From NCBI GenBank assembly GCA_964536205.1, contig CAZHVT010000001.1:69944-133943 (forward strand): a stretch of DNA of 64,000 bases, written 5' to 3'. Of this stretch, positions 1-9,077 are shown in pieces (the stretch's first letter is position 1; the number at the start of each line of letters is the position of its first letter). This DNA comes from an uncultured Gammaproteobacteria bacterium. GTDB lineage: Bacteria > Patescibacteriota > Patescibacteriia > Magasanikbacterales > GCA-002688135. Under the pieces are notes generated by a model, which was not told the DNA's origin, made no database searches, and was given only the letters and a program-made list of their open reading frames with translations. The translations under genes were made by a program, and so were the position numbers.

Positions 1-87
1 CACTGCGAACTCGATCGAGTTGGGAGTTCACTGTGTCGCGAAGAGTGTCGAGTTGACGTTGCTGGGTACGAGAGAATTTCTTTTTAG
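1..87 (-). CDS. Partial CDS running off the left edge. Only the N-terminal about 29 aa is in the window (MAKKKFSRTQQRQLDTLRDTVNSQLDRVRS...). Hypothetical protein.
   Basis: Reverse-complement of bases 1-87 reads as an ATG-initiated ORF continuing past position 1. It is absent from the ORF track because it is truncated. No recognisable motif. Confidence 0.3.
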
Positions 88-245
88 CCATTGCGATCCT
101 TTTATTTTGTGGTTTAAAGAGCGGTCATAAGATAACAACAATTTGGTTTGTTGTCAATAGGCTTTGAATTATGAATTATGAGAAACAAAAAACGCCCTTG
201 CGGGCGCTTTTGAATGGATTCCTGCCTTCGCGGGAATGACAGTTT

Positions 246-2258
246 TTAAAGCATGAGTCCGACAATGAGAAGTGCGACGATGTTGATGATTTTGATCATG
301 GGGTTGATTGCTGGGCCGGCTGTGTCTTTGTAGGGATCTCCGACGGTGTCTCCAGTTACTGCTGCTGCGTGAGCGAATGATCCTTTACCGCCGTGGTTTC
401 CCATTTCAATGTATTTTTTTGCGTTGTCCCATGCGCCTCCTCCTGTTGCCATTGAGAATGCGAGGAAGATTCCAGTTACGATTGATCCAACTAATACACC
501 TCCCAAAGCAACTGGGCCGAGTATTGTTCCTACGAGAATTGGAACAACAATAGGTAACATCGCAGGAACGATCATTTGCACGATTGCGCCTTTTGTTACG
601 ATATCAACTGCAGCTGCATAATCTGGTTTTGCTTTGCGTTCCATGATGCCTGGGATTGCTTTGAATTGTCGGCGAACTTCCTCAACTACTTTTGCAGCGA
701 CTTTTCCAACTGCTTCCATTGCGTATGCTGCGAAAAGATAGGGGATCATTCCACCGATGAACAATCCAATGATAACCATAGGATCACCAAGTTCAAATAC
801 TAATTCTTTTCCGTGAGCGACGAATTCTTCTGTGTAGGCTGCGAATAAAACGAGGGCTGCCAATCCTGCAGATGCGATTGCGTATCCTTTGGTGACTGCT
901 TTTGTGGTGTTTCCAACTGCGTCGAGTGCATCTGTGACTTCGCGAACTTCGCTGTCGAGTTCTGCCATTTCTGCGATTCCACCGGCGTTATCTGTGATTG
1001 GTCCGTATGCATCGATCGCTACAATAATTCCGGTGAGAGATAGCATGCTCATTGCTGCGATCGCTACTCCGTATAAACCTGCGACATTGAATGATGCGAG
1101 AATTCCGGCTGCAATGACGATGACAGGAAGCGCGGTTGATTTCATTCCAACTGCCAATCCTGAAATGACGTTAGTTCCATGTCCTGATTCTGACGCTTTT
1201 GCAATTTCTTTTACCGGTGCGTAATCAGTTGATGTGTAATATTCTGTGAGCCACACTACTAATGCGGTAACACCCAATCCGATAAGTGCTGCGTAGGTGA
1301 GGTTTGTTGCAGTTAATCCTGGTGCAACTTGTTCGCCTCCAAATAACCATTTTGTGATGGGTTGAAATGCTGCTGCTGAAAGTACACCAGCGGCGATTAA
1401 TCCTTTATATAGCGCTCCCATGATATTTTTCTTTGGGCCGAGTTTGATGAAGAATGTTCCCAAAATTGATCCGATGATTGCAACTGCTCCGATCATCAAT
1501 GGATAGATGACCAATCCTGGTGAGTTTGGATACAACAATCCACCGAGTAACATGGTTGCAACAGCAGTTACTGCATATGTTTCAAATAAGTCCGCTGCCA
1601 TTCCTGCGCAATCTCCTACGTTGTCTCCAACAAGGTCTGCGATAGCTGCGGGGTTTCGTGGGTCATCTTCTGGAATTCCTTTTTCAACTTTTCCGACGAG
1701 GTCTCCTCCGACGTCTGCGCCTTTGGTGAAAATTCCTCCACCTAATCGGGCGAACACAGAAATGAGTGATCCTCCGAATCCTAATCCGATGAGTGCTTGA
1801 GTGCTTCCATCAAATAACATGTAGACACCAGTCACACCGAGTAATCCTAATCCAACCACAAGCATTCCTGTTACGGCTCCACCTTTAACCGCAACATCCA
1901 TAGCTTTTTGCATAGATGATTTTGCAGCTTGTGCGGTTCGGAGATTTGCTTGCACACTGGTGAGCATGCCGAAAATTCCAGCGAGTCCGGAGAGGACTGC
2001 GCCGATGGCGAATCCTAATGCTGAATCAAGTGACAAAAATTGCCACAACAGAATGAAAACTACGAGCCCGATCGCTGCGATAGTTTTATATTGTCGAGTT
2101 AAGTACGCTCGTGCGCCGATTTGAATAGCGCGTGCGATCGCTTTCATGCGATCATCTCCTTGTGATTGCTTGAGAATCCATTTCATGGCGATGATGCCAT
2201 ATAAGATTCCCGCGGCTGCTGCCAATAAGGCAAGATTCTCGGGAGTGATATTACCCAT
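246..2258 (-). CDS. hppA: Membrane-bound proton/sodium-translocating pyrophosphatase (V-type H+-PPase)
   Basis: 670-aa polytopic membrane protein. Contains the H+-PPase signature [13 protein letters not shown] and the conserved DVGADLVGKVE and DNVGDCAG motifs. Confidence 0.9.
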   Translation of the reverse strand: MGNITPENLALLAAAAGILYGIIAMKWILKQSQGDDRMKAIARAIQIGARAYLTRQYKTIAAIGLVVFILLWQFLSLDSALGFAIGAVLSGLAGIFGMLTSVQANLRTAQAAKSSMQKAMDVAVKGGAVTGMLVVGLGLLGVTGVYMLFDGSTQALIGLGFGGSLISVFARLGGGIFTKGADVGGDLVGKVEKGIPEDDPRNPAAIADLVGDNVGDCAGMAADLFETYAVTAVATMLLGGLLYPNSPGLVIYPLMIGAVAIIGSILGTFFIKLGPKKNIMGALYKGLIAAGVLSAAAFQPITKWLFGGEQVAPGLTATNLTYAALIGLGVTALVVWLTEYYTSTDYAPVKEIAKASESGHGTNVISGLAVGMKSTALPVIVIAAGILASFNVAGLYGVAIAAMSMLSLTGIIVAIDAYGPITDNAGGIAEMAELDSEVREVTDALDAVGNTTKAVTKGYAIASAGLAALVLFAAYTEEFVAHGKELVFELGDPMVIIGLFIGGMIPYLFAAYAMEAVGKVAAKVVEEVRRQFKAIPGIMERKAKPDYAAAVDIVTKGAIVQMIVPAMLPIVVPILVGTILGPVALGGVLVGSIVTGIFLAFSMATGGGAWDNAKKYIEMGNHGGKGSFAHAAAVTGDTVGDPYKDTAGPAINPMIKIINIVALLIVGLML

Positions 2259-2319
2259 ATCTATTAGAGGTTTTAATTATAGTGATCATAGTATGACCAT
2301 TTTTTGAGAAAACGTCAAT

Positions 2320-2458
2320 TGGATGTCGTAAGGTGTCGTAACGCGTAACTCGTAAAGCGTAACTCGGGCAATGAGTCGCCGAAGGTGACGATTTATAGAT
2401 TATCGCTTTACGATGCGTTGCCCGCTTTACGAATTACGCTTTACGAGTTACTATTATT
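2320..2458. repeat. Family-B long imperfect palindrome: arms built of taaagcgtaa/ttacgcttta units around a central gtcgccgaaggtgac mini-hairpin
   Basis: Related copies at 20578-20706 (central gtcgccgaaggcgac), 36518-36585 and 40862-40955 (gtcgccaaggcgac). Confidence 0.65.
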
Positions 2459-2461
2459 TGC

Positions 2462-3727
2462 ATGAAACGATTCGGATTAAACATCCTGCTGACACTGTTC
2501 CGCTGGCTTGTTTTGCTGAAACGCGCACTCATTCGCAGCGTCTTTTGGGTAGGTCGACATTTTCGACCTGCTTTTGTTTTTTTAGGGAAAATTTTGGTTT
2601 TGCCGGTGTATTCGATGGTGGTGAAAGTTTTGCGTCGATTTACACGAGCTCGAGTTACAAAGGTTTCTGTTCGCGAGATGTTAGGATTTGATCGTTTGCC
2701 GATGATTTTAGCTGTGGCGATGATTGGTGTTTTGTTTATTGGAGATTCTCGTGTGTTTGCTGGTGAGCCATCTCGTGGAGATGTTTTGTTGGTTGCGATG
2801 TTTCCGCAAAATACTCATGGTGAGCGTGTGATTGGTCAGTATGTTGATGATGAGGAGTTTGAGGAATTGGTTGCGCCATCTGCAGAAGAGCTTCCTTTTG
2901 GTGGTACTGTTGCCGGTGGTCGTGCGATTGTTGCTCCGTCTACGTTGCCGGGTGCGCCTGAAGAAGGTGAGCGACGTTCGACATCAAATTACGTGGTGAA
3001 ACCTGGAGATACGATTGGTGCGATTGCTGAGCGTTTTGGTGTGAGTGTTGAGACAGTGTTGTGGGAAAATGGTTTATCGTCTCGATCAAGAATTCGTCCG
3101 GGAGATATTTTGAAAATTTTGCCGACAACTGGTGTGAAGCATACAGTTAAAAAAGGTGATACGTTGAATAAGATTGCAAATAAATATGATGTTGAGATTG
3201 AGAAAGTTTTGTCGGTTAATCGTTTGGATGCGGAATCTAAAATTGCGATTGGTGAGTCTTTGTTGATTCCGGACGGTCGTCCGATTCGTCGTGCGGCTCC
3301 TGTTTCGCGTCGATCTTCATTTGCGGTGCGTGCTCCTGTTGCGGTTCCAAGTGCATCTGATAGTGGCACAGAATTATTATGGCCAACTTCCGGGCGTGTG
3401 ATTACACAGTATTATCATGGTCGACATTCTGGTTTGGATATTGATGGTCATTATGATTCACCTTTGTATGCATCTGAAGATGGTGTTGTGGTGACTGCGG
3501 GTTGGAATCGTGGTGGATATGGAAATTATATTATTATTGATCATGGAGGTGGTTTGAAGACGTTGTATGCGCATGCTTCGAAAATGTTTGTTGTGAAGGG
3601 GCAACGTGTTTCTCGTGGGGAGGTTATTGCGATGGTTGGTACGACAGGGCGATCGACAGGAACACATCTTCATTACGAAGTGCGTGTGGGGAATCGACGA
3701 ATGAACCCTCTCAGGTATACGCGTTGA
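2462..3727 (+). CDS. Peptidoglycan hydrolase with two LysM domains and a C-terminal M23 (LytM) metallopeptidase domain
   Basis: N-terminal TM/signal. Two LysM repeats (YVVKPGDTIGAIAERFGVSVETVLWENGL and HTVKKGDTLNKIANKYDVEIEKVL). M23 motifs HSGLDIDG and GTTGRSTGTHLHYEVRV. Confidence 0.8.
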   Translation: MKRFGLNILLTLFRWLVLLKRALIRSVFWVGRHFRPAFVFLGKILVLPVYSMVVKVLRRFTRARVTKVSVREMLGFDRLPMILAVAMIGVLFIGDSRVFAGEPSRGDVLLVAMFPQNTHGERVIGQYVDDEEFEELVAPSAEELPFGGTVAGGRAIVAPSTLPGAPEEGERRSTSNYVVKPGDTIGAIAERFGVSVETVLWENGLSSRSRIRPGDILKILPTTGVKHTVKKGDTLNKIANKYDVEIEKVLSVNRLDAESKIAIGESLLIPDGRPIRRAAPVSRRSSFAVRAPVAVPSASDSGTELLWPTSGRVITQYYHGRHSGLDIDGHYDSPLYASEDGVVVTAGWNRGGYGNYIIIDHGGGLKTLYAHASKMFVVKGQRVSRGEVIAMVGTTGRSTGTHLHYEVRVGNRRMNPLRYTR

Positions 3728-3899
3728 TGTTCCAGCACTGCACACTTCATCCAAATCTGAGAGCCTTGTGGTGTACGTGAGTTCGTAGTTGCTAATTTTA
3801 GAGAATAATTTATATTTTTAAAAAGGTGCGACTTTAATGTTGTATCTTTTTTTTATATTTTGTGGTAAAATATTTTATAAAATAAACATTTAAAGCGCG

Positions 3900-6077
3900 T
3901 TGCGCTGCATCATGCATATGCCTAAATCAGAACCCTCATTGCCAGCTCAAGATGAGTCTAAAAAAGATTTTTTAGGTTTGGATTCTGCGCATGTAGATGA
4001 AATGCCAGAACCTTCCGCGCTTGATGAAGTGATGGAATATGGAAAGCGAGAAGGCGATGCCTTGTCGCGTCGACATGAGAAAAAGCGTCTTGGTATTGAG
4101 GGTGAAACGCCGATGCTGGATGAAGTGATGGCAGATGCGCAGCGTGAGGGTGATGCGTTGTCAGATAATATTGAGTCAAATAATCGCGCAGCTGCTATTA
4201 AGCGCTTAATGAAGGTTGATCGGAATTTGTTACGAGAGTTGCGTGAGAGTGGTGAATTGGATGAAATGAGTTTGCATGAGATTAATCAGTTGGGCATTGA
4301 GACTGGATTAGAGAAAGATCGTCTCACAGGAGAACGTAATGAAGCAGCTGCGAGATATGCTGCGGCGCGAGATATGGGTTTTCATAAAACGCCAGATGAT
4401 AAGTATCGAGATCGTGGGGACATGGCTGAAGAAAAGTGGAGAGCGCTTGTTGATGTAATAAACCAATTGAATGGGCGTAAAATTGGATGGTTTTCGAAAA
4501 TTAAGTTTAATGGGAAGATTGGAGGTTTTGATGGTTCGATGAGAGGTTTAGAAATGAAAAATGAATTAAAAGCTGAAGCATATTTTGAAAAGAAGAATGA
4601 TGAAGAGGGTTTGTCTTTACTTGATGAGTACGATCGATTGTTGGGTGAGTTTCGAGCTCATTCTCATGATCTGACTTCAGGTGGTGAGGTTGATCGTATT
4701 GGTGTAGCTTCGGCAGAACAGTTTGATATTGGAAAGAATGAAGGAGCAGAAGCATATCGAGACGAAGCATTTGATGATGCTGCTTTTGATGCGGCGCCCG
4801 CAACTATTCCTGAAATGCCGGCTGTTATTGCGGAGGAAACGCCAACGGTTCGTGAAATGCCTTCTCTGGAGGGTGAGTTGAGTGATGCAGATATTGTTGA
4901 GGAGACACCTACTGTGCAAGAGATGCCTCGTGCTGAAACGCTGCCATATGTGCCAGTAGATGAAACTCCAACACTAGCAGATGTGGAGCCTGCGAATTCA
5001 AGATTTGAGACAGCTGAAGCTGAAATGGAATTTGCGACGTCTGAAACATTAGCCGCGGTTCCTACAGAAGCTGTGACTGAAAGAGATATGGAGGCTGCGA
5101 AATTGCCGAAAGCAACAGAGGAGTATGTTGATTACGCAGCGGTTGAGCGAGGTGCAAAAAAACGAGATAAAGAGGCGGGGGCACAGGCTGCGGAACGCGC
5201 TTATCAGAGTATTCGTAGAGAATCTCAATATCTGATTAATAGCATTCCGATGGATGAGGATGCGAAAAAAATGTTGATGAATGATACATATTTTGCTCAT
5301 CGTGTGCAGGATCATAAAGATGCTGCCGGAAATGTTGATCTTGCGAGTGTCGTTTCTGAATATCAGGATTATTTGGATGAGTGGTTTGATTTTCATGGTT
5401 TGCTTAATTCGCGAGGAAAATTACGAGGTAGTGCTGTGCGAAATGCAATAAAGGAAGGTATTAGTCGCGAGCGTATTGATGCGCAATATAAGTTGTTGGT
5501 ACAGATGGATGATTTGCTTGATTATGCGACAGGAAACTCTGTTTCAGTTGCGAATATGCCTGGTGCTTCTGGTGGGCGGCGTGTTGCGGCTGTGCAACGT
5601 AGAGCTGCTGAAGTTTCTCCTCCGCCTTTTGATCCTCCAACTGAAATTCCTGCTCGTGAAATTCCGCCACCACTTCCGGGTCAAAAAGAAACTGTTGAAT
5701 CAATGGAGGTTGCAGATGAGGATTTGCATGAGGTGCTTTCAACTGACGAGGTTATTGATTTGATTGATTCTTTGGCCGTTGGTGAGGAGAATAAAATAGC
5801 GTTGTATGATCGTAGATTTATGGATGCGGTTACAGATGCGAATGGTGACGTATTGTCAGCATCAGGTGCGGCGCTTGCTGAAGTTGAGGGTAATCTTGAG
5901 GCACTAGGAGTGAAGTTTTCAAAGGACGGTACTATCGATGGACGTTCAGCTCGAAAGTTTGCAGACACTGATGATTACAAATTGTACGCCGCTTTGAAAG
6001 AGCTGCAGCAGTCAATGTTGCATAGCCGTTCGCCTGGAAAAGCTGAAGAGATGAGAGGGCGATTTAACGCTGGATAG
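3900..6077 (+). CDS. Large acidic hypothetical protein with internal repeats (LDEVMEYGKREGDALS / LDEVMADAQREGDALS, and E-T-P-T-V-x-E-M-P repeats)
   Basis: 725-aa ORF rich in D/E with no TM segment. Followed by a rho-independent terminator near 6096-6122. No recognisable catalytic motif. The start could instead be one of the nearby downstream ATGs. Confidence 0.5.
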   Translation: MRCIMHMPKSEPSLPAQDESKKDFLGLDSAHVDEMPEPSALDEVMEYGKREGDALSRRHEKKRLGIEGETPMLDEVMADAQREGDALSDNIESNNRAAAIKRLMKVDRNLLRELRESGELDEMSLHEINQLGIETGLEKDRLTGERNEAAARYAAARDMGFHKTPDDKYRDRGDMAEEKWRALVDVINQLNGRKIGWFSKIKFNGKIGGFDGSMRGLEMKNELKAEAYFEKKNDEEGLSLLDEYDRLLGEFRAHSHDLTSGGEVDRIGVASAEQFDIGKNEGAEAYRDEAFDDAAFDAAPATIPEMPAVIAEETPTVREMPSLEGELSDADIVEETPTVQEMPRAETLPYVPVDETPTLADVEPANSRFETAEAEMEFATSETLAAVPTEAVTERDMEAAKLPKATEEYVDYAAVERGAKKRDKEAGAQAAERAYQSIRRESQYLINSIPMDEDAKKMLMNDTYFAHRVQDHKDAAGNVDLASVVSEYQDYLDEWFDFHGLLNSRGKLRGSAVRNAIKEGISRERIDAQYKLLVQMDDLLDYATGNSVSVANMPGASGGRRVAAVQRRAAEVSPPPFDPPTEIPAREIPPPLPGQKETVESMEVADEDLHEVLSTDEVIDLIDSLAVGEENKIALYDRRFMDAVTDANGDVLSASGAALAEVEGNLEALGVKFSKDGTIDGRSARKFADTDDYKLYAALKELQQSMLHSRSPGKAEEMRGRFNAG

Positions 6078-6126
6078 ATTCAAAATTAGATTTAAAACAA
6101 AAAACGCTATATGGCGTTTTTTGTTG

Positions 6127-6165
6127 TGTGGGGTTGACAACATCATTAATTTGCGATATAGTCTT
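6127..6165 (+). promoter_or_regulatory. Sigma-70-type promoter TTGACA-17-TATAGT driving the 6220 gene
   Basis: ggggttgacaacatcattaatttgcgatatagtc, immediately after the upstream terminator. The same arrangement (terminator, then T-run, then ATTGACA) recurs at about 7062, 17768, 18347, 25986, 50688 and 58080. Confidence 0.5.
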
Positions 6166-6219
6166 TTTAACGTTCATTTACCAATTTTTTAACTCCAGCT
6201 CATCCTAAAGGAGGATGTC

Positions 6220-6615
6220 ATGATGTGCTTGGTAGGTTCTCTGTTCCGTTTCTATTTTGAGACACAAGAATCTCGATTGCATCTTTTTTTCATGCCAACT
6301 GATGGTGTTGTCGGGCAGATGGTTAACCTCAAGGGTGTTGTTGATGTGTCGTACTCGGGAGCTCAATTTAAGTTGTGTGGTTCGCCAGTTGTCGTTCGGC
6401 GTGGAAAGCATGATGCTTTTACTGGCATGACTGGCGTGACGTGGGATGCGGTTTGTGAGTCTGATCCAGGCTGGGTGGCTCGTGATTTGCCGCGAGATCG
6501 ACCGCGTGGCGTAATTCTTACGTTTAGTAACGGTAATGAGTATCAATTGATCGCAGCTAATGAGAATGATTTTCAGCGCTGGGAGCGTATGAAAGCGGCA
6601 GCGGAGGCAGCATGA
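6220..6615 (+). CDS. Small hypothetical protein (131 aa), module-type gene with its own promoter and terminator
   Basis: Preceded by TTGACA-17-TATAGT promoter (about 6133-6162) and AAAGGAGG RBS. Followed by hairpin terminator 6627-6655. Slightly higher GC than neighbours. Confidence 0.45.
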   Translation: MMCLVGSLFRFYFETQESRLHLFFMPTDGVVGQMVNLKGVVDVSYSGAQFKLCGSPVVVRRGKHDAFTGMTGVTWDAVCESDPGWVARDLPRDRPRGVILTFSNGNEYQLIAANENDFQRWERMKAAAEAA

Positions 6616-6653
6616 AGGATTGGTAATAACCTTGTTGAAATAACAAGGTTTTT

Positions 6654-6896
6654 TTAATTTTTGATTAGTTTAAGTTTGTCGTTTCGAGAGAGTTGTTTGA
6701 TGCGGTATTCTTCTTTTTGGGCTTGAGATCTGTTTTTGTATTTTTTTGAGTAGACGAGTTTTACGGGGCGGCGGGCGCGGGTGTATTTTGATCCTTTATC
6801 CGAAGAATTATGTTCTTCTATTCTTTTTTGTAGATCGATGGCGACGCCGGTATATAGTGTTTTGTCTGAGCATTTTGCTATGTATACGAAAAACAT
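6654..6896 (-). CDS. GIY-YIG nuclease family protein (small, stand-alone)
   Basis: 80 aa. N-terminus FVYIAKCSDKTLYTGVAIDLQKRIEEHN matches the GIY-YIG fold signature (GIY...YIG/YTG, conserved R and E...N). Confidence 0.7.
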   Translation of the reverse strand: MFFVYIAKCSDKTLYTGVAIDLQKRIEEHNSSDKGSKYTRARRPVKLVYSKKYKNRSQAQKEEYRIKQLSRNDKLKLIKN

Positions 6897-6947
6897 AAAG
6901 TAAAAGTAAAAACGAAAAAGTTAAAACCACAATTTAAAATTCAAAGA

Positions 6948-7032
6948 TGCCGAGCGTAGCGAGTCATTCCGTAGTCGTACGGAATCTATGTTGGGGGTGG
7001 TGTTGTGATGATGGATCCCGTACGACTACAGG
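6948..7032. repeat. Family-C paired hairpins (gtcattccgtagtcgtacggaatc ... ggatcccgtacgactacagg)
   Basis: Related copies at 213-242, 38843-38932, 49392-49470 and 58022-58075. All share the word cat[tc]cc(g)...gggatg. Confidence 0.6.
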
Positions 7033-7113
7033 ATGATAATGTATGCATATTGGTTGACATTTGGTGAGAATCTTGGTATTCTTTGGTTATCGAACTTTTT
7101 GGGAGGCTTTGTT

Positions 7114-7242
7114 TTGAAGTGTTCACTTATTGGTTTGTCGGTGATTCCGATCGATGATCAGCTGACTGATGGTGGTTGTATTCTGCCGGATGGCGGATGC
7201 ATTCTGCCGGATGGCGGGAAGATCAGCGATGGTGGTCACTGA
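7114..7242 (+). CDS. Small peptide (about 42 aa) with hydrophobic N-terminus and tandem DGGCILP repeats (MKCSLIGLSVIPIDDQLTDGGCILPDGGCILPDGGKISDGGH). TTG start assumed.
   Basis: TTGACA-17-TATTCT promoter at about 7062-7090, GGGAGG RBS 7 nt before an in-frame TTG, hairpin plus T-run terminator at about 7262-7287. The ORF-track ORF 7033..7242 begins inside the promoter, so it was trimmed. Confidence 0.3.
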   Translation: MKCSLIGLSVIPIDDQLTDGGCILPDGGCILPDGGKISDGGH

Positions 7243-7291
7243 AATCCAGGGATTTCGAGTGACTGCTTTACCCTACTACGGTGGGGTTTTT

Positions 7292-8794
7292 TTATTGCAC
7301 GCGCATTTGGAGGGCTTGGGCGATGTGGTCTGTTTTTATGTTTTCGGATTCATTGAGGTCGGCGATGGTGCGGGCTACTTTTAATGTTCTGTGTAATGCG
7401 CGACCGGAGAGGTGGAGTTGGTTGTAGGCGTGTCTCAATAATTCTCGTGATTCATCATTTATTGTACAGAATTTTTCGATTTGTTTGATGTTCATGTTGG
7501 CGTTGTTGGTTTTTGGGATTCTTGCGTAGGCTTGGTTTCGAGCTGCTTCAACTTTTTTTCTGATGTTTTCGGATGATTCTTCTGAGTGATTATTCGATTG
7601 TAATGTTTCAAACGGGATTCGTCTGACATCAATCCGTAAATCGATTCTATCTAATAATGGCCCTGAAACTTTCTTTTGATAATGTAATAATTGTGCGGCA
7701 GTGCACATGCATGGTTTTTCTTCATCGCCTGCATAGCCGCACGGGCATGGATTTTGCGCAGCGACTAAAATGAAATTTGCAGGATAGGTGAATGTTCCCT
7801 GCGCGCGAGCTATCGTGACATGTCCATCTTCTAAGGGTTGTCGTAAAATTTCTAAAACGTTTCGGGGGAATTCTGGGAATTCATCTAAAAATAATAATCC
7901 GTGATGTGCGAGTGAAATTTCTCCGGGTTTTGGAATGCGTCCGCCACCAGTTAACGAGACTGCAGAAGAGGTATGGTGAGGTGTGCGGAATGGGCGTTGT
8001 GTCACTAATGATCCAGCCTGTTTTGTTAATCCGCACACAGAATATAATCGCGTGACATCTAAACATTCATCTTGTGTCATTTCCGGCATGATGGATGGAA
8101 GTGCGCGAGCGAGTAATGTTTTTCCTGCGCCCGGTGGGCCTGAGAGTAAAATGTTATGCCCGCCAGCCGCTGCGATCATCATAGCTTGTTTGGCGAATGC
8201 TTGTCCTTTGATATCTGCGAAATCTCTCACTTCTTGATTTTTGGTTTTTTCGATGTGTTGTTTTTGAGATGTTTCGATTTTTTCTTTATCTGAAATGTGT
8301 CGAAATATATCTGTGAGTGTTTTGCAACTTTTTATTGTTATGTCTGGTACAAGCAGTGCTTCCAATGCATTATCTCTCGGCACAAACAATTCTGTAATTC
8401 CTGCTTTTTTTGCTGCGAGCGCAATTGGCAGCATTCCATTTATTGGTCTGATTGATCCATCTAATGCGCATTCCCCAACAAATAAACAATTTTTTAAGTC
8501 AGGTTTTATTTTATAGACGTTGCATAATAGTCCAACTGCAATTGGTACATCAAAACCAGTTCCTTCTTTTGGAAGATCTGCGGGGGCGAGGTTTATGGTG
8601 ATTCGATAACTTGATGGGAAATCTAGTGAGCTGTTTTTACATGCTGCGCGAATTCGTTCTTTTGCTTCTTTCACGCTCGCATCTGGTAATCCCACTACTT
8701 GCCAGCCGGGGAAACCTTGTGATGTATCAACTTCAACATCAACAATCACGCCCTCGATTCCTTTTATTGCGGCTGTTTTTATGATGGAGAGCAT
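7292..8794 (-). CDS. comM: YifB/ComM family Mg-chelatase-like AAA+ ATPase
   Basis: 500 aa. N-terminal Lon-like domain MLSIIKTAAIKGIEG, Walker A GPPGAGKT, and C-terminal Mg-chelatase subunit ChlI-like region. Canonical ComM/YifB architecture. Confidence 0.85.
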   Translation of the reverse strand: MLSIIKTAAIKGIEGVIVDVEVDTSQGFPGWQVVGLPDASVKEAKERIRAACKNSSLDFPSSYRITINLAPADLPKEGTGFDVPIAVGLLCNVYKIKPDLKNCLFVGECALDGSIRPINGMLPIALAAKKAGITELFVPRDNALEALLVPDITIKSCKTLTDIFRHISDKEKIETSQKQHIEKTKNQEVRDFADIKGQAFAKQAMMIAAAGGHNILLSGPPGAGKTLLARALPSIMPEMTQDECLDVTRLYSVCGLTKQAGSLVTQRPFRTPHHTSSAVSLTGGGRIPKPGEISLAHHGLLFLDEFPEFPRNVLEILRQPLEDGHVTIARAQGTFTYPANFILVAAQNPCPCGYAGDEEKPCMCTAAQLLHYQKKVSGPLLDRIDLRIDVRRIPFETLQSNNHSEESSENIRKKVEAARNQAYARIPKTNNANMNIKQIEKFCTINDESRELLRHAYNQLHLSGRALHRTLKVARTIADLNESENIKTDHIAQALQMRVQ

Positions 8795-8871
8795 GTGTTC
8801 GAGAAAGCTAAAAAACGAGAAAACTAAAAAGCGATCTTAATTGCGTTTCGATGCTTTGGTTGTTAAAATAA

Positions 8872-9075
8872 TTGTCTATTACTATAGCATACCATATGAC
8901 TCAAGATCCTATTGATGAACAAGTTGATCGTGCAGCTCAAGCTGTGCAGAAATTTGCAGATCGTCAAAAAGAAATCGTTCAACAGAGAGATGAAGCGATG
9001 AATCGTATTGTGAAAGATGCGGAGTTGAAAAAGGCTGATGCGATCAAGGCGGATTTACAAAATAATCAATCCTAA
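8872..9075 (+). CDS. Small hypothetical coiled-coil protein
   Basis: 67-aa ORF immediately upstream of, and possibly co-transcribed with, the 570-aa acidic protein. No motif. Confidence 0.35.
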   Translation: MSITIAYHMTQDPIDEQVDRAAQAVQKFADRQKEIVQQRDEAMNRIVKDAELKKADAIKADLQNNQS

Positions 9076-9077
9076 GT

